From the NCBI RefSeq assembly GCF_000002075.1, contig NW_004797696.1, positions 235,668 to 299,667 of the forward strand: DNA of 64,000 nucleotides. The letters are read 5' to 3'. The notes under the pieces were generated by a model. It was given only the letters and a program-made list of their open reading frames with translations. It was not told the DNA's origin and made no database searches. The first letter of the stretch is position 1. Each line of letters opens with the position of its first letter. This DNA comes from Aplysia californica. Taxonomy: Eukaryota. Of the stretch, positions 50,801 to 62,419 are shown piece by piece. Both the position numbers and the translations under genes were made by a program.

Positions 50801-51953
50801 AACAAAATTGAGGATTTTATTTGCTTTTGGTTTATAGCTGTTTCCAGATTAAACATTTTCAATTTAAATGGACTCCAATGTATAAATTTCTCTATATATG
50901 TATTCTGTCAAATTAATTCTTATTCTTATTTTTTATTAATTAGAAAAAGACTTTGTCATGCTTGTACAAAATTGTTTCCACATTGTGCAAGCATACATTT
51001 TCTTGTAATAAATTATCCTTCAGTAAAGTGGTTTATCTTCACGGGGCACCACTTGTAACTGTTATAAATATGACATAAGAGGTGACCTTTGCTCTCAAGC
51101 TCCCCTATGTCTGTGAAATATCTTTGCTTGTTTACACTCGTATCAACTGTCCTTTCTACATTTATATATATGATATCTTCTATGATCTGTCCTGTTTTAG
51201 CAATGTAACGAAGCATTGTCACTGAGTGGTCTGTTCCTGCTATTTCTTCCTCTTTTTTTTTAGTGCTTGTATTTCTGTTGTCTGAATTTGTTCCAAGAAA
51301 AAATTAGGTTGTGTGCTTTGGTATATTCCATGTTTTTGTACACATCATGTGACAGATGAACACTCACAGTAAAGCTTCAGAAGAGAATATGAGCTCTAGA
51401 AATACTTTACTGCATGAACCAAGGCTGAAGGAGGGGATAAGAAGAAGCCCGTGATGATTTCTCTCAACTCAGTTTGGTTTATAGATTGTTGACTACTGAT
51501 GTAAACCCTTTTTTACGGTCACAAAGTATCTGCTGTATGTGTACCTTAATGTATTATGTATAAGGGTTAAATTAGTACCATGTGTGTAGATTCTATGTGT
51601 GGGTGTGGAGAAGATAGACAGGAGGTTAATTCTGAAGTAAACATTTCAAATTTTCAAGGTGTTTTAACTGGATGTTGTTGAGATGCTTTTTTTTTTTTCA
51701 CTTTTAGTCAGAAAGTAGATTGAGGTTGTATAGTTTTTGTACTTCATTATTGTTTGTTCATCTCCAGAATGAATGGCTTGGTGGGTACGTTGGTGCCGAT
51801 GGTCAAGCTGTTACAGGATTCCAAGGCCTTCAGAAAGAACTGGGGCCATACTTCGACCTTGTGGAAGAAGTCAACATGCCTTTCTTCATCAGGGAGACGG
51901 CTCGCAAGAACCAGTGGACTGTAGCACATGCGACTGTTTGGCGTAGGAAGTGA
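41561..51953 (+). CDS. Stand-alone class I SAM methyltransferase homologous to the OvoA C-terminal (mercaptohistidine N-methyltransferase) domain; 4 exons, 299 aa
   Basis: Exons 41561-41848, 44949-45164, 48503-48712, 51768-51953; all phase 0, GT/AG, 900 nt. Motifs VYESEKLLGEYLVFHFG, RALDIGCAVGRSSFDL, GIDYSQSFI, FEQGDACDL, ANLVCRL, TAPYTW, WLGG and PFFIRETARKNQWTV are recognisable as the OvoA C-terminal methyltransferase family. Confidence 0.92.
42601..43460. mobile_element. pogo/Tc1-mariner-like MITE
   Basis: TA|CAGTCGAACC...GGTTCGACTG|TA; subterminal GCCACCTGT repeats. Confidence 0.8.
43566..43750 (+). mobile_element. Family A short retroposon copy
   Basis: Near-consensus full-length copy with A-rich tail. 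Confidence 0.85.
44949..45164 (+). CDS. OvoA-type methyltransferase exon 2 (SAM-binding motif I)
   Basis: EGLPDRALDIGCAVGRSSFDLSRGVKEVIGIDYSQSFIDAANTLKQNGEMSYQLVQEGDVFTQAVAKVEKDV; cttag/gtaagt junctions; absent from the supplied ORF track. Confidence 0.93.
45409..47179. mobile_element. Non-autonomous hAT DNA transposon with Tol2-like ends
   Basis: Perfect 8-bp TSD CATAGACA (45401-45408, 47180-47187); termini CAGAGCTG...CAGCTCTG; dense subterminal AAGTAC/GTACTT repeats. Confidence 0.88.
47357..48166. mobile_element. pogo/Tigger-like MITE
   Basis: TA flanks; left TIR CAGTGGAATCCTGTTATAACGAG versus right TIR (reverse complement) CAGTGGAGTCCACTTATAACGAG. Confidence 0.8.
48503..48712 (+). CDS. 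OvoA-type methyltransferase exon 3
   Basis: DRSRVSFEQGDACDLRSSLGQFGVILAANLVCRLHHPKEFLKRL...GGILVITAPYTWLRDFANK. Confidence 0.93.
48738..48932 (+). mobile_element. Family A short retroposon copy
   Basis: Full-length copy ~25 bp downstream of the methyltransferase exon 3 donor. Confidence 0.85.
51768..51953 (+). CDS. OvoA-type methyltransferase exon 4 and stop
   Basis: NEWLGGYVGADGQAVTGFQGLQKELGPYFDLVEEVNMPFFIRETARKNQWTVAHATVWRRK*. Confidence 0.93.
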   Translation, partial: NEWLGGYVGADGQAVTGFQGLQKELGPYFDLVEEVNMPFFIRETARKNQWTVAHATVWRRK

Positions 51954-52107
51954 TTGTTCATCTTGGTGACATAAGTTGTCGGTGTTATGTCCGTCACATT
52001 CCACACAATAGAGATCCGTGATACAACTCCAAAGGTTTTCAATTTCCTGCAATGTCAAATGCTGACAGCTTTTAAAGGTTGTGTTTATTTTATCATGATG
52101 GGAAAAT

Positions 52108-52380
52108 AAGGGGCATTAACAATTCTTTAAAATGTTTGATACAAGTCTATATGTTTCTGCATATTTCAAGTTAGGGGGCATTAACAATTCTTTAGAATGT
52201 TTCATACTAGTCTAAATGTTTGATACAAGTCTATATGTTTCTGCATTTTTCAAGTTAGGGGGCATTAACAATTCTTTAGAATGTTTCATACTAGTCTATA
52301 TGTTTCTACATGTTTCAAGTTAGGGGGCATTAACAATTCTTTAAAATGTTTGATACGAGTCTATATATTTCTGCATGTTT
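52108..52380. repeat. ~64-bp tandem repeat, about 4 copies, downstream of the methyltransferase stop
   Basis: GGGGCATTAACAATTCTTTA.AATGTTT.ATAC.AGTCTATATGTTTCT repeated. Confidence 0.9.
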
Positions 52381-53065
52381 TATGTAAGGGTAAAAGAGTA
52401 AACGTATCTCAAGTTGATGCGAGTCCAAAGCTTAGTAATTGTTCAAAAGACATTTGAGATTTGTCATTACATTCTCCAGTTGTTATTCCTTGTCAAAGTA
52501 TTATTGTCTCACTATAGGTGCAGTCCTTTTTATTGGATATAAATGGTACCAAATTTTCTTTTCTGTTCATTGAAAATGTTGTGAAATTTCATAGAAACGT
52601 GATATTTGTCCTGTGAATAAGCATAATAATAATCCATGTTATAGTTAAAGTATTGGAAGAAAGGTCACGGTTTTGTAATTCTCATGTTTATTTTTCCCTC
52701 TCATTTTTAAAGATTTCATAACGCTGGTTGGTTGAGTTTAAACATCCATTCCTTTTTTACTGACTTTAAATATGCCACAAGTAGCCCCTATAAACACCTC
52801 CACTTAAATATGCTATATGTAGCCTCAATAAGCCAACCTCCTGGCTAAACTTAATGAGTCTAGAAATAGCTTTGATAATCAAACACCCCTGCCCCTCCCC
52901 TCTCCTTGTTTGGTTATATAGGCTATATGTAGCCCCAATAGACAATTTTCTTCTTTTTTGTCCATTTATAAATTTTATTGAGTATTGTTTCCTGGAATCA
53001 TTGTGTGAGAGAGTCTGCAAGCTAGCTTCCAGATAGTCTGTCATTTTCCTTTTACAATGCAACAT

Positions 53066-53322
53066 ATAATATTGTTTCTTTTAATGTATTCAACTCGCAT
53101 ACCAAAGTTCATTATAATCATCTCAGTGATAAATAGCCAGTAATGTTGATTATGCTTTCATGTCATTTAAAATTGTTTGAGACTTTCTGCTGAACTATAA
53201 TATTGTTTCTTTAATGTATTCAACTCGCATCAAAGTTCATTATAATCATCACAGTGATAAATAGCCAGTAATGTTGATTATGCTTTCATGTCATTTGAAA
53301 TTGTTTGAGACTCTTTGCTGAA
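53066..53322. repeat. ~130-bp tandem duplication
   Basis: TATAATATTGTTTCTTT...TTTGAGACT..TGCTGAA occurs twice. Confidence 0.9.
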
Positions 53323-53734
53323 ATATGCAGACCTCTGTGGCTTGTTTGAAAGTTCTATGGACAATTAATATGCTGGTAATTGCAATATTTCAGGGTATTT
53401 TTCAAACTTATTGGTGTGAGCGTTGTGCTTCTTCTTTGCGTTCTCCTGCTAAATCTCAGGAGTTGTTGACTGCTGGTATGAGTGTTGTTGTAGATTTGGG
53501 GTAGATTCTTTACTTTAAAGTTACTGTACAGATTTGAGAATCAGTGCAATCTCAGTTGTCTTCATCCTTAGTATAGTCATAGAATAGCTGGGAGAAAATG
53601 TTGTATTTTAATGCATTATACAGGTAAACAAGAGATTTGTGAAATGGGAAAAAGTATTTTATACTTTAAAAAGATCTCAAAATTTTGTTTTTACATGCAC
53701 TGCCACCTTTCAAATGTAATATTAGTATGAAGTC

Positions 53735-53740
53735 AATAAA
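53735..53740 (+). terminator. Probable polyadenylation signal of the methyltransferase gene
   Basis: AATAAA ~1.8 kb after the stop, followed by T/GT-rich sequence and then mobile elements. Confidence 0.45.
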
Positions 53741-54159
53741 AAATGATTGTATGAAGAATTTGATTTCGTTTTGGTGAAGATTTTCATGCCTGTTAAATTA
53801 TTGTCATATAAGGGGACAAGTGTTGTATAGCAGTGAACACATTCGCTTTGTAAACCAAAATCCCTGGGTTCATTTCCTCTGCACAATGCCACGATATTGT
53901 ATGTCTTTGTAACTCACTGGTAGTACCAACTCGAATCAGTTCTAGTGCAGAAGGACATTGAAATGTAGATTCCTCTTTTTTATGATAAAACTATTGATAA
54001 GAGACATGTAACACAGCCAAAACTATTTATATATATATAATAAAGTAGAAAATATTGTTTCCCTCTTCTCATTTCTTGGAGGGACTTAAACTGCCTGAAT
54101 ACTTAGATACTTGTGAAAATTGTAAAGATTAAGAAATGCAGCAAATCGGCAAATAAAGT

Positions 54160-54750
54160 CAAATACTACACCTCCAGTCTGTGGGAGACGCACTGGAAAA
54201 AGCAAGTAAACAACAAATTTCACAACATTAAGTCCAAACTGGGACCGCGAAATCCTTCGCGCCTCTCCTGAAGAGAGGAAATAATTTTGACTTGATTACG
54301 CATCAGACACACGTCCCTAATACATATTATATATATAAATACCTCTTTCAGGGAGATGAGAAGCCGTTCTGTGTCGGATGCACCACAGGTTTTACCATTA
54401 GACACATTTTAACAGAATGTCTAGACTTCAGAGAGACCCGAAAGAAATACTTCAGATGAAAAAAATTGAAAGATCTGCTTTCCTTCATTGATTTCAACAG
54501 AATTCTGGATTTTATCAAGCCCATTGGCCTTTATGGGAAGTTGTGAATAGAATTGTTCAAAATTTTTAATGTTATTTAAAAAGATGTTTTAAATTAATTT
54601 ATTTCCACAAATTTTTTGCATTTTAATGGAAGTGTTGACCAGAGTCAGGCTGTGCAGTGTACTGTTGCGAACAGAACCAACCTTTTTTCACACGCTCATA
54701 TGACCTTATGCAGTTGTGAGCGCCGTAAAACTCTTACCAAAAAACAATAC
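54160..54750 (+). mobile_element. 5'-truncated Nimb/I-clade LINE remnant (ORF2 C-terminal CCHC zinc knuckle + 3' UTR)
   Basis: Decayed translation WETHWKKQVNNKFHNIK...REEIILT*LRIRHT...KYLFQGDEKPFCVGCTTGFTIRHILTECLDF...IGLYGKL*; ends CGCTCATATGACCTTATGCAGTTGTGAGCGCCGTAAAAC + A-rich tail. Confidence 0.8.
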
Positions 54751-56394
54751 AAAAAGCTAATCGGCTTATAAAGGAAAAGCGAGGTTTATACTGGGTGAGC
54801 ATGCTCGAAAAATAATGTTTACTAGATCTTCAGAGGTTAAAAACAAACACCTCAGAGGATCATGGCACAGGTTTGCTTGGCTGAGGCAGATAACAACAAG
54901 CCCCTTTTTATACAATGTACAAATTGAATTTCTACTCATGTCCCAGATGTGTGGCATTGGAGTCTTGTCTTTTCACAAAATAAGAGAAAGTATGGAAGAA
55001 AAAACGAACTATAATAATTATCCTCATGGGGAAATCCACAAACTTGATTCAAATGTAGATCTATGTCTGTTACAAGTTTGAGGTTCGAATCCGAGTAAGG
55101 TTGAAAAAAAGAATCATGCTTCCTGCTCTAATTAATTTCTCTTAGCCTGTTTTCTTGAATGGGAACTACAGTCAAACTTCCTTTTACTGCCACCCTTGGA
55201 ACGGGCGTGAAGTTGGTGGTACAGCGGGGCTGACAATTCAACGGGTTCATCTGTTGTATAGCCCTGACTGCCCAACTTCAAGGAACATAATTCTGCTGTG
55301 CGATCTGTGTTTGAAAAGTGTCTTTTTCTTGGTGATATGTACATGTACATAAGCAAATGTATTCAGAGCTGAGAGACTTCTCGATCTCCCTCTATTTCTA
55401 TGTCTTTCTCGCAATCACAGACGACCAGTGGGCGTTATGTGCAGTGTGTACTTCTAACGATCAATTCGCTGCTTTATGGTGGGGGTAAATTTGCATTAGT
55501 TAAGTTAAAAAAGGGTCATACAACTCATGAAGTTGGCGGATGGTTTTATGAAGGCGAAAATACTATGTTTATGTAAGCGATCCTTTTCGTACATTGGCAG
55601 AGCGGGGTTGGTGGTACAGCATTGGGGGGGGGGGCACGGTACAAGTTTTGGCTGTACATCGTGTACTGTATAATGATATGTGGTGCATTGTCATAAATGG
55701 GACAAAAAGTAAAACTTTAACAACCACAAAAACTAAAGACATCCTCTCAAAGGCTGTGATCACTCACATTGCATAGTGTTCTGTAACTAGTTGAACACTC
55801 ATCATTTTTTATGGCACTTGCAACACAATTAAGTCATATAAGTGCCAAAAATTAGAGGTGTTACGCACAAATAAAAAGGAGAGATAAGTACATGTACGTT
55901 AGCTTGAAAAACACACCAGAGCACCCGCCAACTCCCACTGGTCATTTTTTCTCTCTGGTATTGCTGTGGTTTTGTCTGCTAAGAAGGGCTCTTCACCTGT
56001 CTTTGATACGGTGCTTTGCTCTCTATCCCCAGCCAGCTGTGCCCCATAAATTCATCCATCACTTACATGTATTAGTATTAGTGTTCTGAAATAGTCGTGT
56101 GCATCTCAATGCTGGGAGACATAGGTTCTTCGCGTGTGAAAGGAGACACATTTTGGTGGGTGGTTGGTGGGTGTTCTGGTGTGGTTTTCTTCGTCTTTCC
56201 TCTAAAAAATATATTGTCCATATAAACTAATAAATCTTTCCTCCTTTTTGTGTTTGTTTCTCTATCGAATTCTTTGACCTAATTGTATTTCAAGTGCCGT
56301 AAGACGCATACTAAAACTAACCAGGAGATACATTGTGTATGCAAGATGAGTCTCCCCCTGCAATTGACCGGGGGAGGTGGGGGGGGTAACAAGT

Positions 56395-56635
56395 AGGCAC
56401 TGGTCCGTCTCACTCTCAGGAAGTCAAGCAGCTGCATATCAAGGAAAGTGTTAGATTGGAACCCACAGGGTAAAAGATCAAGGAGAAAACCACGTGAAAC
56501 CTGAAGAAGAATCACAGAAATGAATGTACAGAAAAGTGTGAAGACATGGAATGGCATCAAGCGACTAGCCCAGGATAGGGAAAGGTGGAAAGTGTTTGTT
56601 CGTGGCCTATGTATCCCGGTCATGGGTGAGAAAGG
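56395..56635 (+). mobile_element. RTE-like LINE 3' fragment
   Basis: [31 protein letters not shown]...WNGIKRLAQDRERWKVFVRGLC, typical of the RTE ORF C-terminus. Confidence 0.75.
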
Positions 56636-56840
56636 CAATGATGACTGGTTCGTCTCGACTGGCGACAGCGTTCACGCCGGACTGGTCTACAGTAATGAGT
56701 AATGTTTGTCCTGTGGTGGTGGCACACATTGCTAACGCGTGCAAGAAAATGGCAGTGGTTGTGACAAGTCAGGGAGATTATTACCTCTACGTTCTGTACC
56801 CTGCAGCATCTCTTCGAATGATATTTTTTATATATTTGAC

Positions 56841-56841
<1 letters not shown>

Positions 56842-56897
<56 letters not shown>
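56842..56897. repeat. (CT)n microsatellite
   Basis: Pure dinucleotide tract. Confidence 0.95.
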
Positions 56898-56900
<3 letters not shown>

Positions 56901-59900
56901 GGTGGATCGATACACCATCCCCAGTTCACAAAGATTGATGTTGAGTCGAAGTAAAGCACATCGACACAATAACGACCATTACAGAGCTGGGAAGAAGCAA
57001 AACAGATAGACAATAAAAATAAAAAGAAATAATCCGGCAGTTAAAATGGCCCGATTGCCCTGCCAGACATTGTGTCTCTTTTGCCATGTGCAACATACTG
57101 TGCAACGAGTACAACTTTGTCGTTGACAAGGCCACCTACACTAACATTTATTTAATGCCGGCTCCGCAGCACCAGAGAAAACGTTAAACCCGTTAGTTTA
57201 TTCTGACCAAGGTACGTGTATAACCTCCTTGGCCCTGCAAGAACCACTTAATAATTCTATTTTAATAACCTCCTTGCCCCTGGCGAATCTGCAACCCTCG
57301 CATCTCTCTTTTTTTTTCTTTTTTTTTTTTTTCTTTTTTTTTTTTNNNNNNNNNNNNNNNNNNNNNNNNNNNNNNNNNNNNNNNNNNNNNNNNNNNNNNN
57401 NNNNNNNNNNNNNNNNNNNNNNNNNNNNNNNNNNNNNNNNNNNNNNNNNNNNNNNNNNNNNNCGGTTGCTACCCGGATTCGAACCCGGGACCTTTTGAGT
57501 GAGAGGCCAACACCTTAACCTCTAGGCCACGAAAGCCCCCACATTTTCTTTGATGTTAGCCTAAAACGGTAAAAAAAAAAGTAAAAGGCGATTTACAACA
57601 AACATCTGCAACATTAGAAAATTGACATATTTTCCTAAAAGCCCAAGAAAGACGTAGGGCAAGACACAGGGTGAGTTCTTTTCGAGACACGTGGAGACGT
57701 CTAGACAGTCGTGGGATGAAAGAGAACAAGCTTCAGACGATAGATCTAGTATTATAATATGACGCCTTTGGCGTTTATCATTTCTTTTTTCAAGTTCATA
57801 ATATGGCTCTCAAATTCTTCACCAATATTTCAAAGTCCAACGACCGAACCTACACTTAGGTTCTAATTAATATTGTGTTCATTCTTTGTGGAAAAATGTT
57901 CACTTTTTCCAATGGTTTTCTTGTAAATTATGGCATTATAGCTTGATCACTTTCGTCTGAACACATTTAAAACAAGATACAATCAAATTGCTCAGTTGAA
58001 TCTTCTTAAGTCATTCTGATCCTAAAGTTGGATGCAACGTTTCGTGAGCATTGCTAAATTAATCATTAATGAATGAGCTAGAGTTTTTTTCACACGGACA
58101 GACGAACGTGAACTAGCTATAATAGGCCTGCTAGGCTGCCATAATACTATACTCGGTGTATTTGGGGCTGCAAGTCAAGTTATCATTAGCCCCAAACAAA
58201 AGATACCCCCCCCCCCCCACCAAAAAAATTTTTTAAAATTGAAACGTACAGAAACAACAACCCAAGGACAAAACATAATTTTTTTAAAAAGTAAAATCTC
58301 AAACAAGCACACTCGCTCCTAGAAAAACAACGCCCCCCCCCTCCCCCCAAGAGAAAAACAAACAAACCAACCCAACAAACAACAACACTAACAACAACAA
58401 TAACAACAACTACGACAACAACAGCAGAAAAAAACCCTCAACAAAATAGACAACAGACACAAATACTAATACAGGGCTTACCAAACAAATACAAGGGAAA
58501 TAACCCAAAGCAGAAGCATTAAAACAAAACCAGAAAAAAGAGAAAAGAGGACAACAAGAAGAGAAAAACTGACATAATGATTATTATTATAGAATGTGGA
58601 CCCTACACGTTGACAACTTTTATTCATTTTGGTTTTTTGTTTAAATATTATTTTCTTTCTAATTCATGGAGTTGGGCTTTAAATTGTGGCACAGCTGGAA
58701 GTGGACTTGGCTGGCGACATGCTGAGAGATGAGGCTCTGTACCAAGCTGGAGAGTGGAAAATTTTCCTCTCCTGCAGATCTAGATGGGAGATTCTCCCCT
58801 TCCTCACCACACGCACGCATACCATCGGCTCATTCCCAGGCGGCGCAAAAGTCAGAAGGGGGGGGGGGGGGGGGGGAGAGTACAGAAAAAAGGGAAGACT
58901 GCGGTATACCATTCTCTAAAATTCGTTATGCACGGACTTGGCAATCATTTAATGGCGTTATAATAATATTGTTACATTGGGGGTCTAGTGCATTATTCAC
59001 GCAGTCATCTTTGTACTTAATTTCAGCGTTCAGGGAAAACTTTCTTCTACAATTAGGGTGCCATGACCCCCCCCCCCCCCCAGGCCCCCGTATAACGCGT
59101 TACTTTTGTGGAGGCGTAAGTTTTCTATTTATGCATAATTCATATTTTCACAAACTACACTCAGTGTCAGTATAGTTGGTTGCAACCTTTGAGGGCTTTT
59201 ATTGGTTACTATTTATAGATAAGCGAGATATGCGGTTTTTCGAATTATTACTCGTTGAAACACCGATATTTCTGACCGAATCGCTTTTTCTGAGGCATTT
59301 AGAACGTAATGATATAATGAAAAATATCGCATACATTTTAATAAGTAAAAAAGCGTTTATAGGTTCCAGCTGCGCCTATTGTTCACTCTGAGGACAATTG
59401 TCAAAGGAATCCTACGGACAGCTTATGAAATCATACAGTACAGCTACTAAAATTTAAAAACCCTGAAAAAAAATATATAAATTCAGTTTTGAGAATACGC
59501 GAAAACGCTAAAAAAAAAAAAAAAAAAAGGAAAAGATTAATGAAATTTGTTTTAAATTCTATTTAAAAAACCCTCAAAAGTTTTCATTTTTTTTACTTTG
59601 TTACTATCACATATAAGTCAGTGAAATGTACATCTTTGTCAGAATCCATCAATTTGATGTACTGGATCAAACACCCAGTTGGCAATATTATCACGATGGG
59701 AAAATAGAACAAGAATACTTAAAGTATTTCAGACCAAATAAGAAATTCATCAAGGATTATTGAACTAATTTTAGATGTAAACCAATAGCGAACAAGTGTG
59801 CCTGGCGCTGTTGAGATGAGCTATGCTGCACTGCATTGATCAATCAAAATTATGTAGTGTGCCTTCATGAGCTCTTCAACTCAGAATAAAGTTTTATTTC

Positions 59901-60310
59901 AAAACATCTCCCCACACCCCCACCCTTCCCAACCNNNNNNNNNNNNNNNNNNNNNNNNNNNNNNNNNNNNNNNNNNNNNNNNNNNNNNNNNNNNNNNNNN
60001 NNNNNNNNNNNNNNNNNNNNNNNNNNNNNNNNNNNNNNNNNNNNNNNNNNNNNNNNNNNNNNNNNNNNNNNNNNNNNNNCCTCCCTCGGTAAATCTGTCT
60101 GCCTCTATCTATCCGTAGACTCTGTTCAATCCCCCTCCAAAACATACAAAACAAACACAAAACAAACCCAAACCCAAAGGAAATAATAATATTGAAGGCG
60201 TTCAAGTCGGGGGCGTTACGCTACCATTGATTTGTAAGCCATCGGCTCATAAGGCGTTCTCCAGACCTTTCTTGCAACCTTACAAGGACCACTCATGACG
60301 TGTGGAGTGG

Positions 60311-60563
60311 TTTTGTTTTTGTTTTTTATTGTAAGTGTTTTATGGCACTCGCAACTGCATACGGTCATATGAGCGCGCGGGACACATAAAGCTTTTTTCA
60401 GTTGGTAGGAAATTTCGAGACGAAAGCAGACAACAGAACATTGCTAGAGGAGGTGAAAGGAGACAATTTTAGAGACGAAAATGTTTCGTTCGCTACCCGA
60501 AATCGAACCCAGGACCTTTGAAAGAGAGGCCAACACCCTAACCTCTAGGCCACGAGAGACCCC
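60311..60563 (-). mobile_element. Full-length tRNA-derived SINE with Nimb/I-like tail
   Basis: Minus-strand head GTGGCCTAGAGGTTAGGG...GGTTCGATTTC; tail GCGCTCATATGACCGTATGCAGTTGCGAGTGCCATAAAAC; GGAGTGG direct repeats at 60304-60310 and 60564-60570; a second head at 57463-57537 abuts a gap. Confidence 0.8.
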
Positions 60564-62419
60564 GGAGTGGAGTGTGGCCTCCGCTATCCCACTAGAACCA
60601 TGTCCTCTCAGCAGCATAACACCTTCTCCTACAGAAGCTCCCCCTAAACTCTCTCAGCACGGGGAGATACCCAACCCATCTGATGTGACCGTTGTAGTTT
60701 TACCATCTTTGCCCTGACACCAGAAAGCACCAATGACACCCCTGTTGCTGACAACCTACATCTATTATCAGAAGTAAACTTTTACCTTTCACTCAATTTT
60801 CGTTGACATGAAAACAAAATTTGAGAAATTTTTTTAACACGATGATTGATTTTTTTCCCCCTATTGACAAACGTGAAGTCCCTCCTGGTTGAGTTTTGTC
60901 TGTTCTAAGTTTGGTTTCCTATTAAACTCTACAGTACACGAAATGCAACAAAAAACAGACGAACTAACTTACGTTGCGGAAAAAGTTGGCCTTATTTAGG
61001 CACTTCAGTGAACGCGCTCACTATAGCATGATTTGGCTTCGGAAAGTCCCATTGGGTTTTGTTTCCGGACATGACGTCTCATCGCGACAGTGGGTTCAAA
61101 CAGCCCATATTTTTGTTTAATTTAGGGGACCAACATTCAAGTCTGATACATGTCTTCAAAGATCTTTGGATGGCCTTCAAGACGTTTTTTTTCCCAGGAG
61201 GATGTGCGACTAATGAGTCTCGAGATATTTTAAGTTGAAAAATAGACAATTTTTAACCTTTGATTTTTCATAAATTTTCTTGTCACATTTTTTTCAAACT
61301 ACCCTTGTTGGTAAACCATTCTTTGTTCTTCCAGAAAACGTATAAATGGTTATCGTAGAAGTCTTACCTTGGCTAGTGTAGTCTTACCCTTTTATCAACC
61401 AAATCCGCGAAAACCTAGCTGAACCCTTCCACCGTGACATAGCGCAGAGTCGTGACGTCACGCATTTCGCCTTGAGCTTTTGGCTTCCTCTCTTCATTGT
61501 TTTAAATTTACGAGACAAGGAAATGCTTTGCCGAGAGATTTTTAAACTTCTGTTTAAAAAGTTAATCAATTTTGGTAATGTTTTATAATCACTGACCTTA
61601 CATTGCGCCTTTGTTCATTCGATAGTATAAAGAAAACGAGACTTTTTAGACCAAAGTATTTCCTTTTCGCTGAGCTCCCCCCTCCCTCCTTTTTTACCCT
61701 TTCATTGCGTAGGGCCTAGATCTAGTAGATTTATGAAGAGTCTGGACTCGTGTTGTTATCAGAGTCAAAAATTAAATTGAGACGCCTATTAAAGTATCTG
61801 ATGCAATTATTTACTTGATACAAGTTTCTTAGGTCTATTGTTAGTACTGATCCAGATTTTCTTTCTTTTCTGTCGCATGAAAAAACCGAAAAATGCTGTG
61901 TACTGGAATGTGNNNNNNNNNNNNNNNNNNNNNNNNNNNNNNNNNNNNNNNNNNNNNNNNNNNNNNNNNNNNNNNNNNNNNNNNNNNNNNNNNNNNNNNN
62001 NNNNNNNNNNNNNNNNNNNNNNNNNNNNNNNNNNNNNNNNNNNNNNNNNNNNNNNNNNNNNNNNNNNNNNNNNNNNNNNNNNNNNNNNNNNNNCTCCTAT
62101 TTTCATAATCGTACCTCTTTTTTCTCCTCCATCCCACATTACCTGCTCTTCACAACTGCATACACATTTTCTCTATTATATCCTTCTTGTCGTCTTATTT
62201 CTCTTATACTCGCCACTGCCGCCATCCTTCAACGACTCACGGTATTAGTAGCGGAAGCCTATTACTCTTTTCTACTAATGAAACAACCCTGAAGAAAGAT
62301 GTCAGTTGCAACAAAGTGATCACTTTTGCTCCTCAGTTCTTACTTTACTTTACTTTTCCCTTTCTCTGGTATCCTAATGATGTCGAGGGGAGGAGCAGGT
62401 TTGGGAGTCTGTGATAGGT

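Noticed and set aside
41561-51953. Calling the methyltransferase gene ovoA
   Set aside because: No sulfoxide-synthase (DinB/FGE) domains are present, and exon 1 has its own ATG and N-terminal extension
57463-57537. tRNA-like sequence on the minus strand with a CTCTCAC (Glu-CTC-like) loop
   Set aside because: Acceptor and anticodon stems do not pair properly, and a near-identical head at 60488-60563 continues into a SINE body; treated as a SINE head, not a tRNA gene
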